Source: a virus
Lineage: Duplodnaviria; Caudoviricetes
Reading direction: 5' to 3' (one strand)
IMG/VR virus record: IMGVR_UViG_2848385391_000003
Length of the DNA stretch: 64,000 bases
Part shown: positions 26,948-36,239 of the stretch, in pieces
Numbering within the stretch: position 1 is the first letter of the stretch
Layout: every line of letters begins with the position of its first letter
Notes under the pieces: generated by a model
Databases searched by the model: none
The model's input: the letters and a program-made list of their open reading frames with translations, nothing else
Told to the model about the DNA's origin: nothing
Program-made: the position numbers and the translations under genes

Positions 26948-29602
26948 CTATATTGCGCCTCGTTGTCTTAACAAAGCAGCATTTTGAGAGCTGAGATTAA
27001 GGGCATTTTGGATGAGGGCACCTGATGCAGTAAGCCCGTCTTGTCGTGAAGTCCAATCTAACAAAATTGGACCTATTTCACCTGAGCGATAAGGGACTTG
27101 CCAAAGACGAATAGTTTTGTCCTCTCCTGCCGTAGCCAATAGGGCCACTTCATCCTGTGTGGGTTTCCACACAATAGTACTAATACCACCCACACAGCCT
27201 TTGAGTACCGCTTGACAATCGCCTGTTAAAACAGACCATAACCTGATTGTTTGATCCCTACTTCCAGACGCGAGCCAATGACCATCTTTTGAGAACGCGA
27301 CACAATTCACACTATCCGTATGCCCAGTATAGGTGTGAGCCAGAGCGCGCTCCCCCCTCATGTGCCACAGCTTCACCGTACCATCATCACAAATAGACGC
27401 GAGCCAATGACCATCGTTTGAGAATGCGACACGATACACACCATCGTCATGCCCGACGTAGGAGTAAGCCATAGCTTGTTCACCAACCACGTGCCACAGC
27501 TTCACTGTATTATCCCCACTTCCAGATGCAAGCCACTGTCCATCGTTTGAGAATGCGACACTGCTGACAATATCGGTATGCCCGATATAAGAGTGAGCCA
27601 AGGTACGCTCGCCCCCTGCGCACCACAGCTTTACCGAATTATCTGAACTTCCAGATGCAAGCCACTGCCCATCTTTTGAGAACGCGACACAATTCACACT
27701 ATCCGTATGCCCAGTATAGGTGTGAGCCAGAGTGCGCTCCCCGTCCATGCGCCATAACTTCACCGTCTTATCCCTGCCTCCAGACGCGAGCCACTGACCA
27801 TCGCTTGAGAACACAGCACTAATCACCATATCCGTATGTCCGGTATAGGTGTGAGCCAGAGTGCGCTCTCGGTCCACGCACCATAACTTTACCGTCTTAT
27901 CCCAACCCACAGACGCGAGCCACTGACCATCGCTTGAGAACGCAGCACTATTCACCATATCATCATGCTCAACATAGGAGAAGGGCATAACCTGTTCACC
28001 GGTCACGCGCCACAGCTTCACCGAATTATCTAAACTTCCAGATGCAAGCCACTGACCATCGCTTGAGAACGTGACACTATTCACCCTATCCGTATGCCCA
28101 GTATAGGTGTGAGCCAGAGTGCGCTCACCTTCCACGTGCCACAACTTTACCGTAGTCCTACCTCCAGATGCCAACCATTGCCCATCGTTTGAGAATGCGA
28201 CACTATTCACTCCATGTGGATGCCCAATATAAGTGTGAGCCAGAGTGCGCTCACCCTCCACGTGCCATAAATTCACTGTATGACCATTTCCATGTGGAGG
28301 CCATTGCCAATCGTTTGTTCCAGATGCGAGCCATTGCCCATCTTTTGAGAATGCAACACTGTATACCTTGTTCTTATGTTCGGTATAGGAGTGGGCCAAG
28401 GCACGTTCGCCTGCTACGTGCCACAGCTTCACCGTCTTATCATCGCTACCAGATGCGAGCCAATGGCTATCATTTGAGAATGCGACACTTGTCACCATAC
28501 TCATATGCCCGGTATAGGTGTGAGCCAGAGTGCGGTCGCCCTCTACACACCACAGCTTCACTGTACAATCCCCACCTCCTCCAGATACTAGCCACTGACC
28601 ATCGTTTGAGAATGCTACACTTGTCACCACACCCGTATGCGTATAGGAGTGGGCTAGCGCGCGTTCGCCCTCCACGCACCACATCTTTACCGTCTTATCC
28701 CCACTTCCAGACGCGAGCCGCTGTCCATCACTTGAGAATGCGACACTATACACATAGCTCGTATGCCCTTCATAAGTATGAATTTTTTGGAAATTCTTTG
28801 TTTCATAAAGATGGATAGCATTGCCTTCTGTCACAGCCAGCCAGCGCCCAACTGGCGAATAACAACACGCATAAACAGCGCTTTCCATTTCTAAAGAGGG
28901 CTTTTCACCAAAATCTACTCCTGCTAAATCAGCACCATCTAAATTAACACCATTCAGCCAAGTATCGGTCCAATTTACGCCTGTTAAATCGGCTCCTTGA
29001 AATTGCGTAGAATCAAACACTCCATAACTTAAATCTGCCCCAGGCACACGTATCCCTTGGAGATCCTTATTATTGAATTGCGCCCCTGCCTTCACTAATA
29101 GCGTCAGCGCGTTAGCTGCTGTAGCCTGCACCTCTTCTGTTTTGGACCGTTCCACCCAGTTCAATAATTTCTCTTTTAGCGAAATGTCTTGCTGGACTTT
29201 TTCTTGCAAAAATTTAAGTATTTCTGGATCATTAACAAGACATATCAGCCCAAAAAGTGCAGATTTCTCAACGACCTGATCGAGTCGCCCTGAGTCAGAT
29301 AACTTTTGCAATTGACTCAATGTGAATTTCTTTAACTCTACATCCGAACTTATTAGAGCTCCTTGATATTGCGCCTGAATCCTTTCTTTGATCAGATGTA
29401 GCTTCAGAGCAGGTGAATCCATGGGTTCACCATTATGAGTCGGTGTTGTCAGTGCTTTAAGCAAAGCCTGACGGCTCGAAAAATCGAGCAGCTTTTCTAT
29501 TTCTTGCCGAATTTCTGCGGGAAGCGAGAGAAAACCGGATTCTGTGGATTTTTGTGTTACTGGATAGTGCAGATTGACAGAGCTTGAAATAGGGTTCAGC
29601 AT
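26948..29602 (-). CDS. F-box-like / pentapeptide / ~14 WD40 repeat protein (putative host-directed effector)
   Basis: FLSLPAEIRQEIEKLL F-box-like motif, GADLS/GADLT/GADLA repeats, 43-aa WD40 units; ATG 29602 (MLNPISSS) preferred to TTG 29620. Confidence 0.82.
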   Translation of the reverse strand: MLNPISSSVNLHYPVTQKSTESGFLSLPAEIRQEIEKLLDFSSRQALLKALTTPTHNGEPMDSPALKLHLIKERIQAQYQGALISSDVELKKFTLSQLQKLSDSGRLDQVVEKSALFGLICLVNDPEILKFLQEKVQQDISLKEKLLNWVERSKTEEVQATAANALTLLVKAGAQFNNKDLQGIRVPGADLSYGVFDSTQFQGADLTGVNWTDTWLNGVNLDGADLAGVDFGEKPSLEMESAVYACCYSPVGRWLAVTEGNAIHLYETKNFQKIHTYEGHTSYVYSVAFSSDGQRLASGSGDKTVKMWCVEGERALAHSYTHTGVVTSVAFSNDGQWLVSGGGGDCTVKLWCVEGDRTLAHTYTGHMSMVTSVAFSNDSHWLASGSDDKTVKLWHVAGERALAHSYTEHKNKVYSVAFSKDGQWLASGTNDWQWPPHGNGHTVNLWHVEGERTLAHTYIGHPHGVNSVAFSNDGQWLASGGRTTVKLWHVEGERTLAHTYTGHTDRVNSVTFSSDGQWLASGSLDNSVKLWRVTGEQVMPFSYVEHDDMVNSAAFSSDGQWLASVGWDKTVKLWCVDRERTLAHTYTGHTDMVISAVFSSDGQWLASGGRDKTVKLWRMDGERTLAHTYTGHTDSVNCVAFSKDGQWLASGSSDNSVKLWCAGGERTLAHSYIGHTDIVSSVAFSNDGQWLASGSGDNTVKLWHVVGEQAMAYSYVGHDDGVYRVAFSNDGHWLASICDDGTVKLWHMRGERALAHTYTGHTDSVNCVAFSKDGHWLASGSRDQTIRLWSVLTGDCQAVLKGCVGGISTIVWKPTQDEVALLATAGEDKTIRLWQVPYRSGEIGPILLDWTSRQDGLTASGALIQNALNLSSQNAALLRQRGAI
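27236..28780 (-). repeat. 12 diverged ~129-bp WD40-coding repeats
   Basis: For example GAGCCAGAGTGCGCTC at 27724 and 27853 (129-bp period). Confidence 0.88.
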
Positions 29603-29742
29603 AAATATTTTATTGTTCAATTAAAGTAAAATCATCTGATGAATTTTCATAAGCCCTGACCCAGGACTTATTCATGACTCACCCATGTGAGTCGCCAGAT
29701 TTTACAGAAAAAATACAAATTAATTAAACCCGCCAGCTTCTA

Positions 29743-30813
29743 TCATTTCGTCGGCTCTACTTTCTCGCCTCGACGATTGCGCACATAGTGTTCCGTCATC
29801 TTGATGCTTGTATGCCCCAACTGCTTTTGCGCTCGACGAATATCCCCCGATAACTCCGCCTTGTCTGTTCCCGCTTTCGCTCGTAAGTCTCGAAATTGAT
29901 ATTCCGCTGCGCATAAGCCTGCCGCTGTGCGCGCTTGCGCAAACATCGCTTGCAGCGTCTTTAACGCAACGCACTCTCCTAACTCATTCACCACCAAATC
30001 AACATGCCCTGTGTTGTACTTGGCTTTTCTCTTTAATATGCGCTCTAACGTCTTCTCCAGATGACCGGTGATCGCTATCCTCAGTTTCGTCTTCGTCTTG
30101 TTTTGCTGCACCAGCAGACACCCTTCTTTGATATCCTGCTCTGTCATCTTTAAAATATCCGATGGGCGCTGACCCGTCAGATACGCTAAATCCATCGCAT
30201 CCCGCAACGGTTGCCGTGCTTTCGCATAAATCGCGCTATATTCACTGTCTTCGATATAGACTTTACGCCCGTCTTCTCGATAGCCCTTGATCCCCAAACA
30301 CGGATTCGGCTGATCCGTATACCCCCATTCTCTTGCCTTATTCCAGATGTGCGAGAATAACGACTTCTCTCGATTCGCTCTGACCTGCCCTTCGCTCCCA
30401 TTGACGGCCTGACCTGCCTCTTTCAGTTTTCTGACAGTCTCTTTCACGCGCCAATCTAAAAACTGACGGATATGGATCGGCTTGATCTCGTCCATTAATG
30501 CCGGCGGATTATCAAAGAATTCCAGCAATTTAACCAGCTCCGCCAAATTGTCTTTCTGCGTGCGAGGCGCTTTTGTTGGGATCACGTCTTGTCTATATCT
30601 TTGTGCTGCATGACGAAACGTTACCCTGACTCGATCCTCCAATTGGTTTTGACTATCCAGCTCTGTCCACTTTTGCAGCGCTTCTAGATAATCTGGCCCC
30701 AGCGCGATCTCCTGTCTCGAGGAATGGCCCGTGTCGTAGTAATAATAGGTTTGCCCGCTACGCTGTACCCTCGCTCGCATCCGAGGCGGTAAATTAAACG
30801 CGGTTTGGCTCAT
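29743..30813 (-). CDS. int: Tyrosine integrase
   Basis: LTGQRPSD, FRDLRAK, LGH...MTEHY catalytic motifs; points toward att. Confidence 0.95.
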   Translation of the reverse strand: MSQTAFNLPPRMRARVQRSGQTYYYYDTGHSSRQEIALGPDYLEALQKWTELDSQNQLEDRVRVTFRHAAQRYRQDVIPTKAPRTQKDNLAELVKLLEFFDNPPALMDEIKPIHIRQFLDWRVKETVRKLKEAGQAVNGSEGQVRANREKSLFSHIWNKAREWGYTDQPNPCLGIKGYREDGRKVYIEDSEYSAIYAKARQPLRDAMDLAYLTGQRPSDILKMTEQDIKEGCLLVQQNKTKTKLRIAITGHLEKTLERILKRKAKYNTGHVDLVVNELGECVALKTLQAMFAQARTAAGLCAAEYQFRDLRAKAGTDKAELSGDIRRAQKQLGHTSIKMTEHYVRNRRGEKVEPTK

Positions 30814-31078
30814 CTTTTACCTGGATCGCTAACTTCGGTTGCCAACTTTTCGCTTTCACTTCTTCTGACCGACCCTCTACCGCGGCACGCGTCACAATCG
30901 GCCGACCTCGCTGGTTCATAAAAAATACGATCTCCTGCTCTTTTAAATAGGCTTCCTGCCTTTCGTATTTACTCGCCTTGCGGGCATATGCGGTTCCCGC
31001 TTCCAGCGTCTTGCCCCGCCTGATCCCTGTCAGCTCATCCACTTGCGCTTCGGTCAAAAAAACTTCACTCATTTCCAC
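30794..31078 (-). CDS. Putative excisionase (DUF4224)
   Basis: FLT..QV.ELTG...GRPIV motif directly upstream of int. Confidence 0.75.
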   Translation of the reverse strand: MEMSEVFLTEAQVDELTGIRRGKTLEAGTAYARKASKYERQEAYLKEQEIVFFMNQRGRPIVTRAAVEGRSEEVKAKSWQPKLAIQVKDEPNRV

Positions 31079-31081
31079 TCC

Positions 31082-31384
31082 TCAGCATAGGCTGGAGCGT
31101 TGAGCGGACTCTTCTTCAGAAACCCAAAATTGAGGTTCCAAATCGTATCCCACCTCAAATACTCCGAGGCTTGTCCCATCCTCTTTGAAGATTTGAATTG
31201 AAATAGATTCATTCCATTCCCAAGTTCCCTCACTTTCTGAGTAATAATTTCCTGCCACCTCTCTGGCTACATACTCGGCATCCTCTTCACCCCAACTTGA
31301 CTCTAAACAATCCGCATCTTCAAATCCCCAACGTTTATCCACAATATATTTATACGTCGTCATCTCTTTTCTCCATTCATTCAT
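31082..31384 (-). CDS. Acidic phage hypothetical protein, paralogue of 31624-31950
   Basis: Shares IFKEDG.SLGVF.V. Confidence 0.65.
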   Translation of the reverse strand: MNEWRKEMTTYKYIVDKRWGFEDADCLESSWGEEDAEYVAREVAGNYYSESEGTWEWNESISIQIFKEDGTSLGVFEVGYDLEPQFWVSEEESAQRSSLC

Positions 31385-31427
31385 GGGGTTTTACTGCTTA
31401 CCGTTGGCATTTGCATGAAGCCAGGTT

Positions 31428-31631
31428 TCATACGTCATTCCATTGTTCGTCCGTCAGCTCGGAGCGTGGATCAACATAGCCGTCCACACGGCAGCGCTGT
31501 TGGGGCAGCAAAATCGATGCGGGGGCGCGGGGCCGCACCTCCGCGCAGCGCGGACAATCAACCCCGTACTTCGCACGCCGCGCATTCCTGTCATCCCTCA
31601 TCGCTCTGAAATCTTCACCCATATCACCCAT
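31428..31631 (-). CDS. Small phage protein with CxxC
   Basis: CPRC...C; GGAGAGG RBS; overlaps upstream gene. Confidence 0.6.
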   Translation of the reverse strand: MGDMGEDFRAMRDDRNARRAKYGVDCPRCAEVRPRAPASILLPQQRCRVDGYVDPRSELTDEQWNDV

Positions 31632-31950
31632 GTGACCTCTCCGTCTGGTTCGTTGAATCTACGCTTTTATTTTTTGGATAAATACTAAAATGGGTTATCC
31701 GTTTTTTATAAACTCCAAAAACACCTAGACTTAAACCATCCTCTTTAAACACTTCAATAACCATTTCACCCTTTCCACTATCCGCCCACCAAAAACTCTC
31801 CGAATCAATATGCTCCGCTGCTGCTCGCACTAAATCTTCAACCTCATCTTCATCTAGCTTCGATTCAAAACCATATCCATCTTCAAATCGTTCGCCATAG
31901 TTCAGCACCGCATATCTATAACGCTTTGCACTTTCTTGGCTCTTCATCAT
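31624..31950 (-). CDS. Acidic phage hypothetical protein, paralogue of 31082-31384
   Basis: Shares VFKEDGLSLGVF. Confidence 0.65.
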   Translation of the reverse strand: MMKSQESAKRYRYAVLNYGERFEDGYGFESKLDEDEVEDLVRAAAEHIDSESFWWADSGKGEMVIEVFKEDGLSLGVFGVYKKRITHFSIYPKNKSVDSTNQTERSHG

Positions 31951-32451
31951 GACTTTTCTTTAAATTAATTTTGGTAAACGCTAAACATCATCAGCGCAAT
32001 CACTATCGTGAGCGCTCCCCCCATACGCGTCGCCAACTGCGCAAACGGCATCAGGTGCATCCGATGCGCTGAGGTCAAAATCGCCATGTCCCCCACGCTA
32101 CCCATCCCGCTATGGCAAACATTGATAAGGGCGCTTTCTATCGGGTTTAATCCCGCCCAACGACCTACAATCAGACCCACCAGCGCCAACGTCAGCACCG
32201 TCACCACAATCGTGATTAAATAAACCGGCGTTAAAACCGAAAGTAAGACCTGCCAAGGCGTTAAGGTCAGTCCGAGCACAAACAGAACCGGATACGCCGC
32301 CGCTTTGGTAAAAAAGTGGTGCATCAGATACGCCCCTTCTTCCAGTCCGGATGAAAGCGTCACCGTGAGTTTGATCAGGACCGCCAAGCCCAGCATCACC
32401 AACGGCGCGGGCCAACCGGTCAATTGATGTACCAAAACCCCCACCATATAG

Positions 32452-33953
32452 CTCAGGATTACCCACAAATTTTAGTCACACTGGTGCATGATTTGAAACA
32501 TTTTGGTGGCCTCATGCAAAGCCATGAACCCACGCCACAATACAGTAGGGCCGGGCGGGAGATCATGCTTGCGCGCTAGGTATCCGCCGAGTTTAGCGAT
32601 CCACAGAATGGCCTGATTCAAAGTAGGAGGATCGCTAGGAGGATGCTTGGTATTGTGAGCACGGCAATATAAAGCTTGCCATTCAATGGGCTGAAGTAAA
32701 ACTTCACAAGAGATTTCAGGATTACTTCGACCTAGTAAGGTGGCATACAAAATACGCCAAGCGATGACCGTAAATAATGCAGTAGAGCGGACAAAGCGAT
32801 CTAAGCTACCCAACTGACGATGTTCAATTTGGCAGCCGCTTTTGAGGATACGATGCCAAGTTTCGATAGTCCAACGGCGCGCATACCACGTGAGTCTTTC
32901 CAATGCTTGTTCTTGGGTATGCGTTGGCACTGAACTTAATAGCATCCACTCGATTGGATGAGTCCCTTCAGGTGGATGGCTTTCCAATGCCCAAATCGCA
33001 AACACCTCGACATTAGGCAGATTAGGATTAGGATGATTGCACGGCCGGCGAAGCGTAACGGGCGCGCATTTTATAGCCAGCTGAGCGATGCGCTGTGCAC
33101 AGTTGCTACGAGCAGGCACGTTAAGTTCTATACAGCCTAATTCGGAAGCAGATGCCATAGCTTCCCACAAGTATTGATCAGGATGATCCACTTTGCGATT
33201 CCAAGAGGCACGAATTAACCAATCGACTCCATCTGGACGCGGTGCAACAAATAAGTCGTAAATATCTGCCTCGCGATCACACACGCTAATCATGTGCGTT
33301 TTAGGGCATCCAGCTTTGAGAGCCGTCAATTGCTTTACGCCCTCGAGCCACTTTACGCTTTCTTTTTCATCAATCGACCTCTTAGCGCGCTGTTTCTTTT
33401 TGCCCAGCTCACTCAGATCGCGTGCCCACGCTTTCATCCCCAGTACGCCTAGCGGCAATCCTTCCGGGGTCACTGCCAACATACTGTGCATCATGAATCC
33501 ACGTACATGTTTGCTGCTGCAATAACCCAGACCTTCCGTGGCCGGTAGATGCGTTAAATTAAATTCTGTCGTGTCTTGCACCGCCAACACAACTGGCACT
33601 TGATTCATTCGGTTTTGTGTCTGAGCTATATGCGAGCCCAACACCCCATCTGTATCGACCTGCTTGTTGTCGAAGAATCGATACGCTGATTTTAACTGCG
33701 CCTTCGTCAGTGTGTGAGGAAATGAACCATGCGGCATCTTCGATAACTGTTCCGCCAATAATATCAGCCGTTTCGTCAGCCGCGCATCTCCTAAGTGGGC
33801 TTCGCTAAATTCAGTATTCGCCCAACTCTCCAAATCACTTTCAGCCACCATTGCTTTGCCTTTTTAGCAGGTAAAACTGCAATGTTTGTACAGGATACAA
33901 TTATTTACAACTTCTCTAGCGATTCTTCCGACAAATTTGTGGGTAATCCTGAG
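32452..33953 (-). mobile_element. IS4-family (IS50/Tn5-like) insertion sequence, 1502 bp
   Basis: Terminal IRs CTCAGGATTACCCACAAATT / AATTTGTGGGTAATCCTGAG; direct repeat CACCATATAG at 32442-32451 and 33954-33963 (8 bp if the IR is extended by one base). Confidence 0.93.
32472..33851 (-). CDS. IS4-family DDE transposase
   Basis: LGDARL..RL, QDTT, DREAD, YARRWTIE..HRILKSG (YREK), PG...LWRG. Confidence 0.95.
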   Translation of the reverse strand: MVAESDLESWANTEFSEAHLGDARLTKRLILLAEQLSKMPHGSFPHTLTKAQLKSAYRFFDNKQVDTDGVLGSHIAQTQNRMNQVPVVLAVQDTTEFNLTHLPATEGLGYCSSKHVRGFMMHSMLAVTPEGLPLGVLGMKAWARDLSELGKKKQRAKRSIDEKESVKWLEGVKQLTALKAGCPKTHMISVCDREADIYDLFVAPRPDGVDWLIRASWNRKVDHPDQYLWEAMASASELGCIELNVPARSNCAQRIAQLAIKCAPVTLRRPCNHPNPNLPNVEVFAIWALESHPPEGTHPIEWMLLSSVPTHTQEQALERLTWYARRWTIETWHRILKSGCQIEHRQLGSLDRFVRSTALFTVIAWRILYATLLGRSNPEISCEVLLQPIEWQALYCRAHNTKHPPSDPPTLNQAILWIAKLGGYLARKHDLPPGPTVLWRGFMALHEATKMFQIMHQCD

Positions 33954-34860
33954 CACCATATAGAGGCTCAAAGCCACCATCCCCACCGAGGCCAACGACT
34001 CCATCAAAGCGGCGGGTGTTGAATCGGTGGGCCGGCTTTTTAAATGCCCTGCGGACAGCTTTTGACCTAGTTGGCTCAGGTCCGAGTTAAGCTGCCCAAG
34101 TCGATGCAGCATCCCAGCACATGCCACCGCCGTCAGATTCCCCAGCACGATTGGCGGCATCACCTGTGCAAATAATTCTGGCTGGGACGTGTGTAAAATC
34201 GCCGCATAGCCCAGAGTCAGCGGAATCGCCCCCTCACCCAGGCCACCCGCCATGATCGGAATCACGATAAAGAAGAAGGTGTGGTGTGCGCTTAGTCCCA
34301 ACGCCATCCCCGTCAGGGTGCCGACGATTGCCGCAGCGATAGAACCCGCAGCAAGCGGCACAAAGAGTCTCACGAAACCTTTAATCAAAAGACTCCGCTC
34401 CATACTCAAAATACCGCCTACCACCACCGTGACCGTAAACAGGTACAAAATATTCGTGCTCTCCCAAAACGCTCTGATCGAGCTTTCCAGCTCTATCGGC
34501 ATGAGTTCGCTATGCACCCAATACGACGGCAGCAGCACGGTCACCATCACGGGACCACCCAAGTACCGCAGAACCGGTATATGTTTGCCGATCTCTGCGC
34601 AGCTAAAACCTAATACCGCCACCACCGCCAACATCACCGAGAGGTCTCCTGGCACCTCACCTAACGCGATAAAACTCAGAATGCATAACCAAATCAGCCC
34701 AAATACCGGCAACGGAATCATCCCGATATGAACCTTCTCCGGTTTTTGCCGACTTACTCGGCTGGGTACTGCACTCAGCCAGCTGCTTAAACGTTTGGCA
34801 TAATGAAATAGGGTTTGCATGATTCAGCCTCCAAGTGCTCATCGAGCCTGTGTGACAGCT

Positions 34861-35478
34861 TTAGAAGGAAATATCGTCGTCTATATCGCTAAACTCAATA
34901 TGGGGCTCAACGTATGGCCCATTGCTTGAAGACGGAGGATTGGATCTTTTGAATGGACGGTGCTTAAGCGTTTCAACGAGTTCGGCCAACCGTTGCGGCT
35001 GCGCTTTACCATCCAGTATTTCCGAAGCAATTAATCGGCTTTCGGGATTAAAAAATCCAACCGGCACAACCTTAATCTTGATTTGACCCTCTTGATTTTC
35101 ATACGCCGACGTGTCCAACAGCACGCCGATTTTTTTATTCATTAAGCCTTTAAATACTTGAGTCGGCTTATCGACGTTGTCCCATGTTTTAATAAAGTCT
35201 GGTGTCAGTTGAATGTGGTCAATACCCAAACACACCATCAGCGCATTGAGTTGCAGGTGACCATAGAGTTCTTTACCCTCCGCACTCCGTATCCAAAGTG
35301 AAAAATACTCTTTCTGTTTGGCTTCTGTCTCAAACGTCAATCTAATGCCATGCGTGCTTTTTAGGGCACTCTTGACCGCTTCAGCACACGTGAATACTCC
35401 AATATATTCTCCAGGCTGGGTAATGCGTGTACTGTTCTGGTCAGCAAGCCGAGCAGCAAGGGTATCTAAGCTATACAT
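34861..35478 (-). CDS. Putative phage ssDNA-binding protein (DUF669-like)
   Basis: Next to exo/recT; acidic tail DIDDDISF. Confidence 0.6.
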   Translation of the reverse strand: MYSLDTLAARLADQNSTRITQPGEYIGVFTCAEAVKSALKSTHGIRLTFETEAKQKEYFSLWIRSAEGKELYGHLQLNALMVCLGIDHIQLTPDFIKTWDNVDKPTQVFKGLMNKKIGVLLDTSAYENQEGQIKIKVVPVGFFNPESRLIASEILDGKAQPQRLAELVETLKHRPFKRSNPPSSSNGPYVEPHIEFSDIDDDISF

Positions 35479-35570
35479 AGCGTTCCTTATTTAATTCAGT
35501 CTTAAAATTGGGGGGTGGGGGTCAAGATTTTGGGCGCGTTGTGTTCTCTTCAAAAAGGTATGAAGAGTGC

Positions 35571-36239
35571 TCACACTGCCTCATTTTGGGTCATGCTCTC
35601 ACCCACTTGCGCTCGCTTTTCTAAACACAGTCGCATCTGTTCGACTTCTGTTTCAAATTGAAGCAAAGCAGGCAATAACTGGGTTTGGATATAGGCGTCA
35701 TCACGCTCAATGCGCTGATAAAAAAGGCGCAAGCGCTCGTTCAAACGCGGATCGTATGAAACAAAGGTCCACCATGAACGCCCTGTCACCCACATACACC
35801 CCTGAATTTGTGGCATGTGCTCGTCAGGCATACCATTGAGCCAAGTGTGAATATGCACCGCCTCATCCATCGGACATTTGCTTTCGTAGCCGCCCTCCTG
35901 TCCTATCAAACCATCGGGTGAGCACCCAATAAATGGATAGTCTGGATGCACAGTAAATTCTGACGGTTCAACCAGATAACCGGTTTCAAGCTCATAAGCC
36001 TCGCGAGCAAAAGCCTCCGCTTCAGTCCCCCATTTGAGAGACGGGCCGTTGATCTCATGCCGCGGCACCCCTGCTAAACGCTCAAATACCATTTCTCTCA
36101 TATATTTATCGCGGGCGGCCGTCGGTTTACCATCGCACTTGACGGCTATCACGTCTTTAAAGCGAGAGGCCGTTAACTTACCTGCACGGGCAAACCGCCA
36201 TGCATCACTACGCTGTTCAATCAAGTCACTCATGACCAT
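35571..36239 (-). CDS. Lambda-exonuclease/YqaJ family nuclease
   Basis: QRS..W...R.G..TAS, SPDGL, E.KCP, Q.QG.MW motifs. Confidence 0.92.
   Translation of the reverse strand: MVMSDLIEQRSDAWRFARAGKLTASRFKDVIAVKCDGKPTAARDKYMREMVFERLAGVPRHEINGPSLKWGTEAEAFAREAYELETGYLVEPSEFTVHPDYPFIGCSPDGLIGQEGGYESKCPMDEAVHIHTWLNGMPDEHMPQIQGCMWVTGRSWWTFVSYDPRLNERLRLFYQRIERDDAYIQTQLLPALLQFETEVEQMRLCLEKRAQVGESMTQNEAV

Larger units (their letters stand above)
31965..34820 (-). pseudogene. 2-hydroxycarboxylate (citrate/malate) transporter, CitS/MaeN family, interrupted by an IS
   Basis: PIMAGGLGEGAIPL, SGMGSVGDMAIL, LMPFAQLATRMGGA motifs; removing the IS and one TSD restores a 447-aa frame (..LSLYMVGVLV..). Confidence 0.88.

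Noticed and set aside
28168-28818. 216-aa plus-strand ORF with repeats
   Set aside because: Antisense shadow of the WD40 repeats.
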